Assembly: GCA_022706885.1 (NCBI GenBank)
Contig: JAKJBR010000001.1
Coordinates: forward strand, 18,104 to 82,103
Direction of reading: 5' to 3'
Origin: Bacillota bacterium
GTDB taxonomy: Bacteria; Bacillota; Clostridia; DUPQ01
Length of the DNA: 64,000 nucleotides
In this document: positions 20,798-30,804 of the stretch, in pieces
Numbering within the stretch: position 1 is the first letter of the stretch
How the letters are laid out: each line of letters starts with the position of its first letter
The notes under the pieces: model-generated
The model's database searches: none
What the model was told of the DNA's origin: nothing
What the model saw: the letters and a program-made list of their open reading frames with translations, nothing else
Made by a program: the position numbers and the translations under genes

Positions 20798-21244
20798 TCA
20801 TTGCTCTACAATAACCGTTCCGTCCTGCTTTACTGTAACGGTCATTCCGTCTTTGACATAATCCAGAAAATCCTGTCCCAGTTTATCCACGGTTACAATA
20901 CTGTTTTCTGTCCACACATCGGCAAGTATAACTCCTGCTGCGGCTATTGAATCTATACTTTCACTGAACAGCATAGCTTTCGGAGCAACTCCCATAGCGG
21001 CCGCACTTTGCAGAACCATTCCCCCGGTAGTGGAACCTATGGTCTTAGGCAGACATATTGCTTTGCCGGTTATCTCTTTTTTGTATAAGTCGGGATTGTT
21101 CTGATCGCTTCCCAAAACCGTTTTCTTATTTGCCAATAAACTTTTCTGAAATGTAGCCAAAGTATTCATGCCGTTTTTTGATACCACGGCTGTTGTTTGA
21201 ACCGTTCCCGCTACAACATTTCTTCCTTTAAATTCTTTTTTCAT
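20798..21244 (-). CDS. Aconitase X swivel-domain small subunit (DUF126)
   Basis: Motifs GKAICLPKTIGSTTGGMVL and GVAPKAMLF. It overlaps the large-subunit stop by 4 nt. Confidence 0.8.
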   Translation of the reverse strand: MKKEFKGRNVVAGTVQTTAVVSKNGMNTLATFQKSLLANKKTVLGSDQNNPDLYKKEITGKAICLPKTIGSTTGGMVLQSAAAMGVAPKAMLFSESIDSIAAAGVILADVWTENSIVTVDKLGQDFLDYVKDGMTVTVKQDGTVIVEQ

Positions 21245-22533
21245 CTTGCAATATCCCCCCTTACCGCAATACCGGCTATTTCTTCATCGGTATAATATCT
21301 TGCCGTTGTGTAAGTCCTCAGTTTATTGGAGTTTGTCACTACGGCTCTTTTTCCGCAAATAGGATTGTTCATATACATAAGAGGGCATATGGAAGATATT
21401 TTTGTGCCGTAACTTATAAATTTGTTGTAGTATTCCTTGTTTTCTTTGAAATGTGCTACAACATCGGGAGCGGCGGTAAATACCGTTTCCAGAGCAACTT
21501 TTTTCTTGCCCTGTTTTTCCAGCTCTTTTCCTATTCTGTCGGTCCATTCAATCAGCTGATTGTATGACAGATGCGGACACCCTATAAAACACCTTGAAGG
21601 CTTTGCATCGGCATTCTTCCATATGACAGGGTAATTATTCTTAACCCTTTCCAGCTCGGCATCATCTATCACATATACTTTTGCTTTGTCTTTTATGAGT
21701 GCTTCTTTCAGCTCCACTGCTTCCGGCGTCAGATTTTCCACATGATAAAGGCCTACCGCTCCGTTTGAAGCGGTAGCTGCTCCCATATCTTTCAGATAGT
21801 CTTTTGTCTGTGCATTAAGTTCTTTGCCTATAAACTTATCCAGTCCCTTTATGTATGGCACTTCACTCATTACTTTCATGCCTATGGCACTTCCCAACAC
21901 CTGAGCTTCCGGTTTTTTGGTTGTTTTTATCTGCACAATCCATGTGGCTTTTCTTCCTTCATCGGTCAGTAAATCGAATTCCGGTACTTTACCCAGTATT
22001 GCTCCGAACATTTCGATTATTCCCGAGTTTCTGTTACACCTCGCTCCTATGACCGAATTGGCATATACCACTGCGGAGGATTCCGCCCAGGATAGAATAT
22101 CTCCTTTTTTGGGTATATTACCCACTTCTTCCATATAACAGGTGCAGCTGAACGCATTGGAATCCTTTAATCCGGTTTTCTTAAGCTGTTCCTCATAATC
22201 TTTCTGTTTTCCGTACATTATACCGAAAACCAGTTTTTCCAAAGGATTACATTTGACATTCTCATAATCCAACGGTCTCGGGTCTACGGTAAACTTATCA
22301 ATCGCAGTAACCCCCGCATCGTTTATTTCATCCATTATCGCAAATACGGCTTTCATTAAGGATATTCCGAAACTGGTTACAAGATGAGACGGAGCGGTTA
22401 CCGGCACCAATCGCTTTGCACCGAAAACCTCTCCGTACATTACCAGAGATTTAGCGACCTTAGCCATTACTTCTCCCTTTGAACCGTTCAGAATATCTTT
22501 TTCCTCATCGGTAAGAAACATTTTATACTCCAT
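21241..22533 (-). CDS. Aconitase X catalytic large subunit (DUF521)
   Basis: Motifs ESSAVVYANSVIGARCNRNSG, SCTCY and IGCPHLS. A strong AAGGAGGAG RBS overlaps the upstream stop codon. Confidence 0.8.
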   Translation of the reverse strand: MEYKMFLTDEEKDILNGSKGEVMAKVAKSLVMYGEVFGAKRLVPVTAPSHLVTSFGISLMKAVFAIMDEINDAGVTAIDKFTVDPRPLDYENVKCNPLEKLVFGIMYGKQKDYEEQLKKTGLKDSNAFSCTCYMEEVGNIPKKGDILSWAESSAVVYANSVIGARCNRNSGIIEMFGAILGKVPEFDLLTDEGRKATWIVQIKTTKKPEAQVLGSAIGMKVMSEVPYIKGLDKFIGKELNAQTKDYLKDMGAATASNGAVGLYHVENLTPEAVELKEALIKDKAKVYVIDDAELERVKNNYPVIWKNADAKPSRCFIGCPHLSYNQLIEWTDRIGKELEKQGKKKVALETVFTAAPDVVAHFKENKEYYNKFISYGTKISSICPLMYMNNPICGKRAVVTNSNKLRTYTTARYYTDEEIAGIAVRGDIAR

Positions 22534-22544
22534 TCTTCTCCTCC

Positions 22545-24806
22545 TTAAACTGTCAATCCTACCGCATAACCGGCTTTGGTTGCATCAAATACTTTTCCTC
22601 CCTTGAAAGAGTCACCGATATTGTACATTTCACATTTCGGAAGCTGCTTCTGTAAAGCATAAAATCCCGTGTCGTCGCATCTTCCGCCTGCTGCCTGCAC
22701 AATAATATCCGCTTCTATAAACTGTCCTTCCAACTCTTCTTTAATGGGCTTAGCAAGAGGATTCTCTATATTGGGAGGCAGTATCGGGCTCCATGTGTTA
22801 TACGGGTCGGGTACCGTCTTGGACATATTTCTGGAAACCTTTATCCCTCCTATTTCATAACTTACCAGTTTGGTACAATTAAACAGTTTTACACCTGCTT
22901 TTTCCAGATAGTAGATAAGGTATGTTCTGTTGGCGGTACATACATGATTCATAAAGTACGGCTCCATCTCTATTACGGTTACTTCTTTGCCTAATTCTTT
23001 ATTCAGGAAGAATGCGGTCTCACATCCTACAACGCCTCCCCCTATAACCACCACTTTCTTGGCTGCTTTCACCAGTTCCGGTTTTTCCAACACATCCACC
23101 GCCTGCACTTTGTCGGCTTTCTCATAACCCGGAAGTTTCAATTCCACATCTTTTGTTCCGGCTGCATAGATTACCGTATCATATCCTTCTTTTTTCAGCA
23201 GCTCGGCAGTGGCTTCGGTATTGAGAACCACTTTAAGTTTGTATTCTTTTGAGGTTGTCTCCAGAAGATTCTTCAGATACTCGTGGTAATTCTGTATATC
23301 AAACTTTATTTTAGGTTTTCCTCCTGCATTAAGTCTTCCGCCTATAGTTGCCTGCTTTTCGTACACCGTTACATCATGTCCTCTTTTAGCTGCGGTTACC
23401 GCTGCCATAACTCCCGCCGGGCCGCTTCCTATTACAGCAATATTCTTTACCTTTTCAGCGGATGCCGGCTGTTCGCTGTATAAATGCTCGAATGCCGTTC
23501 TGGGATTGACGGCACATTGAGGATGTCCGCCTTCCACAAACTCGTTTATACATCCTTCCTGACACCCTATGCACGGAATTATATCCTTTGTGAGTCCCGC
23601 TCTTGCTTTATTGGGCCATTGCGGATCGGCAAGCAGCGGTCTTCCCAGCATTATCATGTCGGCTTTATCCTGCATCAACACTTCCTCGGCCACATCGGGG
23701 TATCCCAATTTGCCTACGGCTACTACGGGCACTTTAACTCCGGCATTGGAAAGTATATTGTTCTCCTCAAAATACTTCTTTACTATTCTTGCTACATCGG
23801 CAAAACAAGCGGGAGGCATTCCCTCCGGCGGATGCGGCAGCCACCAGTTATCGTAACAGCCCAAATCCACATCGAATATATCCACTCCGGCGGACACGAG
23901 ATTTTTCATGTAATCCAGTGTCATTTCCACTGTTCTGCCGTTTTTAAACTTCTTAAGTGCCGTTTTGTTCATTTTCTCCCCGTACGTTTCGTTGAGAGCA
24001 AGAGAAAGGTCTATTCTGTACATGATAGGATAAGATTTACCCGCTCTTTTTCTTATCTGCTGTATCATTTCCACACCGAAAGCCTGCCAGTCGGAATATC
24101 TTCCCAGTTTCCTTCTGTTGAATGCGGGATTGGTCATCTGCTCCAAGAGATACCCCTCATGACCGTGCAGATATACTCCGTCCAGCCCGAATGCTTTTGC
24201 ATCTGCGGCAGCTTGTCCGACATTCTTTATTATCTTTCTGCACGCTGCATCGGTAAGCGGCATACACGGAACTTCCGCCATATACCAGTTGGGGTTAACC
24301 GATGCCGATACCGGAAATTTAAACTGATTTGTCAGACACTGAGGATTTCCTACTCTTCCCAGTCCCGGTGTCAACTGAACAAAAATCCGTGCCCCGTATG
24401 AGTGCACCGCATGTGCCAGATTTCTCCATCCCACATAGACAGTTCTCGAACGGTCTATCCTCGGAAAATATGACAGTTTATCCAGCTCAATCAATGAATG
24501 ATCTATTCCGAAGCTTATGGGGATAAGACCGGTGGTTATCAGTCCCACTCCTCCTTTTGCGCGTTCCCGGAAATATTCAATCATTTTTTCATTCGGGCGT
24601 CCCGTTTCTTCCGCCATATTGATATTGCCCATAGGTGCCATAACAAGTCTGTTCTTAATTGTCAGACTGTTTATCTTTATGGGCGAAAACAACATAGGAT
24701 AGGGAGCATGTTTGTTTGTCATTTTTGCAGCACTGAATCCGGTATCTTCTTTGAACCACGACCCGTAACTGTCAACGAGTTTTTGAATTTTGTCGTCTGT
24801 TTTCAT
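22545..24806 (-). CDS. OYE-like FMN / [4Fe-4S] / FAD-NAD(P) oxidoreductase (2-enoate reductase / 2,4-dienoyl-CoA reductase type)
   Basis: N-terminal FSPIKINSLTIKNRLVMAPMG, Cys cluster CIGCQEGCINEFVEGGHPQC, and dinucleotide folds IAVIGSGPAG and VVVIGGGVVG. 753 aa. Confidence 0.85.
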   Translation of the reverse strand: MKTDDKIQKLVDSYGSWFKEDTGFSAAKMTNKHAPYPMLFSPIKINSLTIKNRLVMAPMGNINMAEETGRPNEKMIEYFRERAKGGVGLITTGLIPISFGIDHSLIELDKLSYFPRIDRSRTVYVGWRNLAHAVHSYGARIFVQLTPGLGRVGNPQCLTNQFKFPVSASVNPNWYMAEVPCMPLTDAACRKIIKNVGQAAADAKAFGLDGVYLHGHEGYLLEQMTNPAFNRRKLGRYSDWQAFGVEMIQQIRKRAGKSYPIMYRIDLSLALNETYGEKMNKTALKKFKNGRTVEMTLDYMKNLVSAGVDIFDVDLGCYDNWWLPHPPEGMPPACFADVARIVKKYFEENNILSNAGVKVPVVAVGKLGYPDVAEEVLMQDKADMIMLGRPLLADPQWPNKARAGLTKDIIPCIGCQEGCINEFVEGGHPQCAVNPRTAFEHLYSEQPASAEKVKNIAVIGSGPAGVMAAVTAAKRGHDVTVYEKQATIGGRLNAGGKPKIKFDIQNYHEYLKNLLETTSKEYKLKVVLNTEATAELLKKEGYDTVIYAAGTKDVELKLPGYEKADKVQAVDVLEKPELVKAAKKVVVIGGGVVGCETAFFLNKELGKEVTVIEMEPYFMNHVCTANRTYLIYYLEKAGVKLFNCTKLVSYEIGGIKVSRNMSKTVPDPYNTWSPILPPNIENPLAKPIKEELEGQFIEADIIVQAAGGRCDDTGFYALQKQLPKCEMYNIGDSFKGGKVFDATKAGYAVGLTV

Positions 24807-24854
24807 GAATCTTACCTCCGTTTGCTATTTATATATTCAGAATGTAACTGTTTA

Positions 24855-26783
24855 TTACTGCTTAATCTGATTATCCTGAGCAAGAAGTTGTGTCATGCAT
24901 ACGTTTACTTCATTTTCATCTGTGGCATCGGTCACTTCGGGGGTATATGTCGGAATCATTTTAGCTATAAGCAACTTCATGCAGCTTACTTCATTATCCG
25001 CCATTCTTTTAAGCTGTGCCAGGTTCTCGAAAAATATTTTTTCGTCAAATTGTATCGGTCGGCCTATGTATATCAAATTGTTTTGTGTTTTTTCTATTCC
25101 CTCTTCGTCCATCAGAAGCTCTTCGTACAGCTTCTCTCCCGGTCTTAATCCGGTTATTTCAATCTTTATATCCACATCGGGGGTACGGCCGGAAAGTTTT
25201 ATCATATTTGTGGCCAAATCATATATTTTTACCGGTTCACCCATATCCAATATGAAGATTTCTCCTCCTTTTGCATAGTATCCGGCTTGCAACACCAAAG
25301 ATACGGCCTCCGGAATGGTCATAAAATATCGCGTTATATCTTTATGTGTGACTGTTACCGGTCCGCCTTCCTCAATCTGTTTCCGGAAAATGGGAATGAC
25401 CGAACCGTTGGACCCTAAAACATTGCCGAACCGGACAGCAACAAATTCCGTTTCGGATTTCTTGTTGTATGCCTGAATAATCATTTCACATATTCTTTTG
25501 GTAGCTCCCATTATATTGGTGGGCTTTACCGCTTTATCGGTAGATATCATAATAAATTTGTCTACAGAGCTTTCATCCGCCGCTTTAACAAGAGTAAGTG
25601 TACCGAACACGTTATTCTTCACGGCTTCGTTGGGGCTTGTTTCCATTAAAGGTACATGCTTATGAGCTGCTGCATGAAACACTATCTCCGGCTTGTACTT
25701 TTTCATTATGCTTTTTATTCTCTTCTCGTCCCTTATGGTTGCAATAAGTACTTCCATATCCAACCCTGGATATTTACCGGCTATCTCCAACTGAATATCA
25801 TATATGCTGTTTTCATATATATCCAACATTATAAGTTTCTTGGGATTATGGCCGGCTATCTGTCTGCAAAGCTCGCTTCCTATGGACCCGCCGGCTCCGG
25901 TAACCAATATTGCCCTTCCCTTTACGTAATCCAGTATTTCATCGACATTAATATCCACAGTATCTCTTCCCAGTAAATCTTCAATCTGCACTTCTCTTAA
26001 ATCGGACAGTTTTACTTCGTTGTTTATAATCTGGTACATTCCGGGAATTGTACGTAATGTACATTGGGTATCTTTACAAATATCATATATCTTCTTTCTT
26101 TCCCGTGAAGAAACGGAAGGCATGGCGATTATTATTTCATCCACTTTATATTTCTTTACCGCTTCTTTAATCTGATCCCTTCCTCCGATTATCTTTACGC
26201 CCTGGATATTAAGACCGTGAATATTCTTATCGTCATCTATTGCGCAAACCACTTTGGATTTCAGTATGCCGCTGGATCTTATCTCTCTGATAATCATATT
26301 ACCGGCATCTCCCGCGCCTATAACCATTATTCTCTTTATGCCCTTTCGCTGTGTGTTTTCATGAACAATGTATCGTAAGAACCTGTAACTGAATCTTGTT
26401 GCGAAAACCAATATTATTAGCAGTACCCATCCGAAGAAAATCGTACTGCGGGGTTGACTTATTCCCATCCAGTTTGTTACAAAGTACTTGAATGTATAAG
26501 ATATTGTACATGCCACTATTATATTGAACAACTCTTTAATGGATGCATATTTCCACAATCCGCTGTACAGGCCGAATATTGTAAAAATAATGAGAGTGAA
26601 TATGGTATCAATCCACAGGAACTGCCTTGCGTTTTCAATATATTGTACATCGATTTTTGAAAAACTCAGTTCAAACCGGACAAACAGGGACAGAACGGTA
26701 GCGGCATTAATTGCTACTATATCCAGGGCTACCAACATTATCTTTTTTATCCATAGACTGATGTTTTTTTTGTCTTTTTTCAA
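24855..26783 (-). CDS. Membrane-bound polysaccharide biosynthesis NDP-sugar 4,6-dehydratase/epimerase (CapD/PglF/WbpM family)
   Basis: TTG start after a GGAGG RBS, four N-terminal TM helices, and motifs VIGAGDAG and VTGAGGSIGSEL. Confidence 0.85.
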   Translation of the reverse strand: MKKDKKNISLWIKKIMLVALDIVAINAATVLSLFVRFELSFSKIDVQYIENARQFLWIDTIFTLIIFTIFGLYSGLWKYASIKELFNIIVACTISYTFKYFVTNWMGISQPRSTIFFGWVLLIILVFATRFSYRFLRYIVHENTQRKGIKRIMVIGAGDAGNMIIREIRSSGILKSKVVCAIDDDKNIHGLNIQGVKIIGGRDQIKEAVKKYKVDEIIIAMPSVSSRERKKIYDICKDTQCTLRTIPGMYQIINNEVKLSDLREVQIEDLLGRDTVDINVDEILDYVKGRAILVTGAGGSIGSELCRQIAGHNPKKLIMLDIYENSIYDIQLEIAGKYPGLDMEVLIATIRDEKRIKSIMKKYKPEIVFHAAAHKHVPLMETSPNEAVKNNVFGTLTLVKAADESSVDKFIMISTDKAVKPTNIMGATKRICEMIIQAYNKKSETEFVAVRFGNVLGSNGSVIPIFRKQIEEGGPVTVTHKDITRYFMTIPEAVSLVLQAGYYAKGGEIFILDMGEPVKIYDLATNMIKLSGRTPDVDIKIEITGLRPGEKLYEELLMDEEGIEKTQNNLIYIGRPIQFDEKIFFENLAQLKRMADNEVSCMKLLIAKMIPTYTPEVTDATDENEVNVCMTQLLAQDNQIKQ

Positions 26784-26811
26784 GGTTTTATTCCTCCAAA
26801 AACACCTTCAA

Positions 26812-28419
26812 TCAGGCGGTTTCTTCTTTTTTCCTCAGTATCGATGCGAGCATACCGAACAGCATCCATCCGTACGGCGACACAATCGGAACTCCTATAT
26901 TGAAAAATGCCTGTGCCGAGAAGCATATACAAGCCGTAACCAGAGCTATAACCAACGGTTGATCAAACTTCTTAAAGGATCTTAACAGCAGAGAGAACTG
27001 GAAAACAAGATAGGATGTCAGACCCAGTATTCCCGTTGTCACCAGTACCTGCAGATAATCATTATGCGCTTTATCAAAAACCACTCTATATTTTTCCGTA
27101 CTGTATATATATTCTTCCCTCATCCACAAAGCGCGTACCGTATCGGGCCCGTGTCCTATAACGGGTTTTTCCTTAAAGAATCGGTATGCAACTCTCCATG
27201 CATATATTCTGTTGGAACCGTAATGGTCTTGTATATTTCCCTTCAATATCTGTCCGAACTGGTACAGTACCAGCTTAACCGATGAGCCTGTCGGTTCCGG
27301 CATGACAAGTATTTTCTTTACAACGAAATATGCACCTACGGTAGCAACAACAAAGTACGCGACCGGCCATATGAATTTCTTTTCTGTTTTTATAACTTTC
27401 CCTGCAAAATATATTATAACGGAAATAATAATTGCCGCTATCGCTCCTAAGAAAAGTTTGTCATTGAACGGTTTTTCGAAAAATACGAAACGTCTCGTTC
27501 CTATCTTGGAAATCTGATCCTCAAGGTATATAAGGAAAAGAAAGAGAGAAACGATATGGAATATCCTGGATGCCGACAACCTGTCTTTTGCTATAAACGG
27601 GAACATGAAAAATATTGCGGTAGCCATTCCGACAAAGCCGCTGTCTACACCTATCAGTATGGAAAGATAGAAACAGAGCCCTGCCGAAACAAAATACAAA
27701 ATCCTGAAAAATCTCTCTTTGGACTGACAGTACAGAACCGTACATATCATTATGGGAGTGACAAGATATGTTGAAACCACGTCAATGTTTCCCAATGTGG
27801 TGAAGAAAGATCTTCCGTGCCTCAATATATCATAAGTAAATTTCCCTGCATAATATCCGTTTAGTTGAAGAATCCCTATTAATGCCACCGGTATGCTGGC
27901 CAATGCCCATATCTTCAATTCCAGTTTATGCACATATGTCCGAGACAGCATAAAGAACATGGAAATATACAAAAGCTGCATAAGAAAGCCTTCATTTCTT
28001 GCCTTATCTCCTATGAATGCGACCTCTCTGTATTCGGAAAGTATTGTAGAAATAAAAGCAACCAGCGTGTACGCTATAAGGGCTATATCGGTTACGGAAA
28101 GATTTTTGACAGCCTGTTTGAAGTATTCCGCATTTGCCTTTTTTGAACGTATTTTCTCCAACAAACCGACGCACATTAAAATAAACCATATTCCGAACAT
28201 TGATATCAAAGCATACAGTTTTGTTGCCGTTATATTCTCATAAATCTTATCGCTGACTATAAGCGCAAAACTTGACAAAAACACATAAAGAAACGCTGTT
28301 GTGACAATCTCAGAATATGTTAATTTTTTTGTATCCTGCTCAAGATAGAAAAAATCCTTTATAAGATTTTTCTTTGTGCTCTTTTTTTCAACTTTTATTC
28401 CGGTCTTTTTTTTACCCAT
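26812..28419 (-). CDS. O-antigen ligase/polymerase-like (Wzy_C) polytopic membrane protein
   Basis: 535-aa protein with more than 10 TM helices. Motifs GHGPDT and AHNDYLQVLVTTG are typical of Wzy_C proteins. Confidence 0.7.
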   Translation of the reverse strand: MGKKKTGIKVEKKSTKKNLIKDFFYLEQDTKKLTYSEIVTTAFLYVFLSSFALIVSDKIYENITATKLYALISMFGIWFILMCVGLLEKIRSKKANAEYFKQAVKNLSVTDIALIAYTLVAFISTILSEYREVAFIGDKARNEGFLMQLLYISMFFMLSRTYVHKLELKIWALASIPVALIGILQLNGYYAGKFTYDILRHGRSFFTTLGNIDVVSTYLVTPIMICTVLYCQSKERFFRILYFVSAGLCFYLSILIGVDSGFVGMATAIFFMFPFIAKDRLSASRIFHIVSLFLFLIYLEDQISKIGTRRFVFFEKPFNDKLFLGAIAAIIISVIIYFAGKVIKTEKKFIWPVAYFVVATVGAYFVVKKILVMPEPTGSSVKLVLYQFGQILKGNIQDHYGSNRIYAWRVAYRFFKEKPVIGHGPDTVRALWMREEYIYSTEKYRVVFDKAHNDYLQVLVTTGILGLTSYLVFQFSLLLRSFKKFDQPLVIALVTACICFSAQAFFNIGVPIVSPYGWMLFGMLASILRKKEETA

Positions 28420-28618
28420 AAGCGCTTTCCCAACTTGTTGCCATTTGAATTATATAGTAAAGTTTAATATTTTACAATGATATCTAAAATAAGGTCATTG
28501 CGCCTTTCATTATTATTCGCGCTTATTTCTTCCAATTTATGACAACTGTTAAGAAAAACGCAAAACTCTGTTCATAGATATCTGTATTAACGGTATAAAA
28601 GGTTAAGACTTGGTTTAC

Positions 28619-28647
28619 TTGACAAGCCAATTATGATGCCTTATTAT
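28619..28647 (+). promoter_or_regulatory. Candidate sigma-A promoter for the wzz-cpsD-cpsB operon
   Basis: TTGACA, a 17-nt spacer, then TATTAT, about 40 nt upstream of the wzz start. Confidence 0.45.
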
Positions 28648-28687
28648 TATAAACGATGTATTAAAAACCACTGTAGGAGAGATTTTT

Positions 28688-29395
28688 ATGGAAGAACTTG
28701 ATATACGACAGATATTCTCTTATCTGAGACGACATTTCTGGCTGATAGTCAGTATCGTTCTTGTTGCGGCCAGTCTTTCTTTGACTGTTACATACTTTTT
28801 TATTACACCTCAGTATGAGGCGTCGGCAACACTGTACGTATTTAATAACTCCAACAGGTCGGATACAACCATTTCCTCATCAGATATAACTACTTCGCAG
28901 AAACTTATAGCCACTTATTCGGTTATAATGCAGTGCGACAACGTCATAAATAAGGTAATAGAAACAACGGGTCTGGAGTATACTCCCGGACAAATCAGAA
29001 AAATGTTTTCAGGGTCTTCGGTGAATAACACCGAAGTTATGAAGATAACCATCAAGAGCGAAGATCCGGTAGATGCTATGATTATAGCCAATGCCTTCAT
29101 TGATGTAGCACCGGAGGAAATACTCAGAGTCATTAAAGCGGGGGCCGTGGAAATACTGGACAGAGCCGTAGTACCGTCAAAGCCTTCCTCTCCCAATATG
29201 GTTAAAAATGTTGCTGTCGGTGTTGTTTTAGGGCTTATTGTCGCTATTGCTTTTGTAATATTGTATGAGTTATTTAACACCAAAGTGCGGACTGAAGAAA
29301 ACCTGCTGAGAGTTGTTAAAGCACCTATTATAGGGTACATTCCGGATCTGAAACTATATCAGGATGAAGATAAGAAAGGACAAATTTATGGCTGA
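28688..29395 (+). CDS. Wzz/CpsC/YwqC-type chain-length determinant (tyrosine kinase modulator)
   Basis: TM helices at both the N- and C-terminus, motif PQYEASATLYV, and an AGGAGAG RBS. Confidence 0.8.
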   Translation: MEELDIRQIFSYLRRHFWLIVSIVLVAASLSLTVTYFFITPQYEASATLYVFNNSNRSDTTISSSDITTSQKLIATYSVIMQCDNVINKVIETTGLEYTPGQIRKMFSGSSVNNTEVMKITIKSEDPVDAMIIANAFIDVAPEEILRVIKAGAVEILDRAVVPSKPSSPNMVKNVAVGVVLGLIVAIAFVILYELFNTKVRTEENLLRVVKAPIIGYIPDLKLYQDEDKKGQIYG

Positions 29396-30149
29396 CATTG
29401 AAAAAAGTGAGTTTCTTCTTTTTGATAACAAATCCTTTCCCGTTGCGGAAGCGATTAAAGCTACAAGAACCAACTTAATGTTTATAACCGCGAAAGAAAA
29501 ATGTCCGGTTATCTCCTTTACAAGTTCACATATGGGTGAAGGAAAATCTACGGTCTGTGCTAATATGGCTCTGGCTTTCGCCGAAGCGGGATTTAAGACA
29601 TTAATAATAGATGCGGATATGCGTAAGCCCACTATTAATAAATACTTTAAGATAAAATCCTCACCGGGACTCAGCGATATACTCGGCGGTCTTGTAAAGG
29701 AAAACTTTATATATCCTACAAAATTCAAGAATCTTCATGTTTTACCAAGCGGCACTATTCCCCCTAATCCGTCGGAACTGCTGACGTCCGAAAGAATGAC
29801 TTTACTGCTGAACGAATTGCGTAATACTTTGGACTATATATTTATTGACACGCCTCCTGCACTTATTGTTACAGACGCCCTCGCCATTTCGGATAAGGTT
29901 ACAGGTACGGTTATAGCAGTCAGGCAGAATTTTTCCAGGACTAATTTAATCAAGGATGCCGTAGAAGCGATAAACAAAGTAAACGGAAAGTTTTTGGGCT
30001 TTATTTTCAACGATTATAATGTGGACACTATGCCCTATAACAAACAGTACAGGTACGGTAAAAACGGGTATAAGTATGCAAAATATGGCGGATACGGTGG
30101 ATACGACAATAAGCCTGTGACGCCACCTGTAAATCTTGACAATGATTGA
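29388..30149 (+). CDS. CpsD/CapB/YwqD-type BY-kinase (tyrosine-protein kinase)
   Basis: The ATG at 29388 overlaps the wzz stop. Walker A is SSHMGEGKST, Walker A' is IIDADMRKP, Walker B is IFIDTPP, and there is a Tyr-rich C-terminal tail (YRYGKNGYKYAKYGGYGGY). Confidence 0.85.
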   Translation: MADIEKSEFLLFDNKSFPVAEAIKATRTNLMFITAKEKCPVISFTSSHMGEGKSTVCANMALAFAEAGFKTLIIDADMRKPTINKYFKIKSSPGLSDILGGLVKENFIYPTKFKNLHVLPSGTIPPNPSELLTSERMTLLLNELRNTLDYIFIDTPPALIVTDALAISDKVTGTVIAVRQNFSRTNLIKDAVEAINKVNGKFLGFIFNDYNVDTMPYNKQYRYGKNGYKYAKYGGYGGYDNKPVTPPVNLDND

Positions 30150-30804
30150 CATACATTCCCATATATTACCAAAGGTCGACCACGGCTCTTCCTCTTTGGA
30201 AGAGTCTTTAAGACAGTTAAAAACTGCTGACAGGTTCGGTGTATCTTCTATTATCTGTACTCCTCATTTTTATCCTTTTAAAGAGAGCATTGACAGATTC
30301 CTTTCCCGAAGAGATAAGGCTTTTTCAGAGTTATCAGCTGCAAATAGTACAGATATTAAGCTTTATAAAGGAGCGGAAGTACGGTTGACAACGGGACTCG
30401 GTAATAATAAGAAGATCCGCAAGCTCACAATAGAGAATACAAATTACATACTTATAGAAATGCCCTCATCCTCCTGGGATAATATGCTCCTCAATGAAAT
30501 CATAAATCTGCAGTCTATGGGGCTTACGGTAATAATAGCTCATATAGAAAGATACAGTCCCATACAGGTACAGAAGCTTGAAGGACTGGATGTGCTTGCT
30601 CAGATAAATGCATATTCCCTTTATTCTCCTCTTCAGGCTTTAAGAATACACAGATATAACAAAAAGAACATGATTAATTTTGTCGCCAGCGATACGCACA
30701 TATATAATTACCTTATTACTTACAGAGCTTTAAAAAGGAGCCGCTTCTTTCTGGGCTCCTTATATGATCAATTCATGGTTAATGCATCAAAACTCATTAT
30801 CTGA
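30142..30804 (+). CDS. CpsB/YwqE-type PHP-family tyrosine-protein phosphatase
   Basis: N-terminal MIDIHSHILPKVDHG and motif AHIERY. It overlaps the cpsD stop. Confidence 0.85.
   Translation: MIDIHSHILPKVDHGSSSLEESLRQLKTADRFGVSSIICTPHFYPFKESIDRFLSRRDKAFSELSAANSTDIKLYKGAEVRLTTGLGNNKKIRKLTIENTNYILIEMPSSSWDNMLLNEIINLQSMGLTVIIAHIERYSPIQVQKLEGLDVLAQINAYSLYSPLQALRIHRYNKKNMINFVASDTHIYNYLITYRALKRSRFFLGSLYDQFMVNASKLII

Noticed and set aside
23484-24401. 305-aa plus-strand ORF, plus neighbours 23569..23856 and 24498..25148.
   Set aside because: - They are antisense to the OYE/FAD oxidoreductase and capD genes.
- They are Cys/His/Arg-rich with no motifs and no RBS.
- The opposite-strand genes have clear cofactor motifs.
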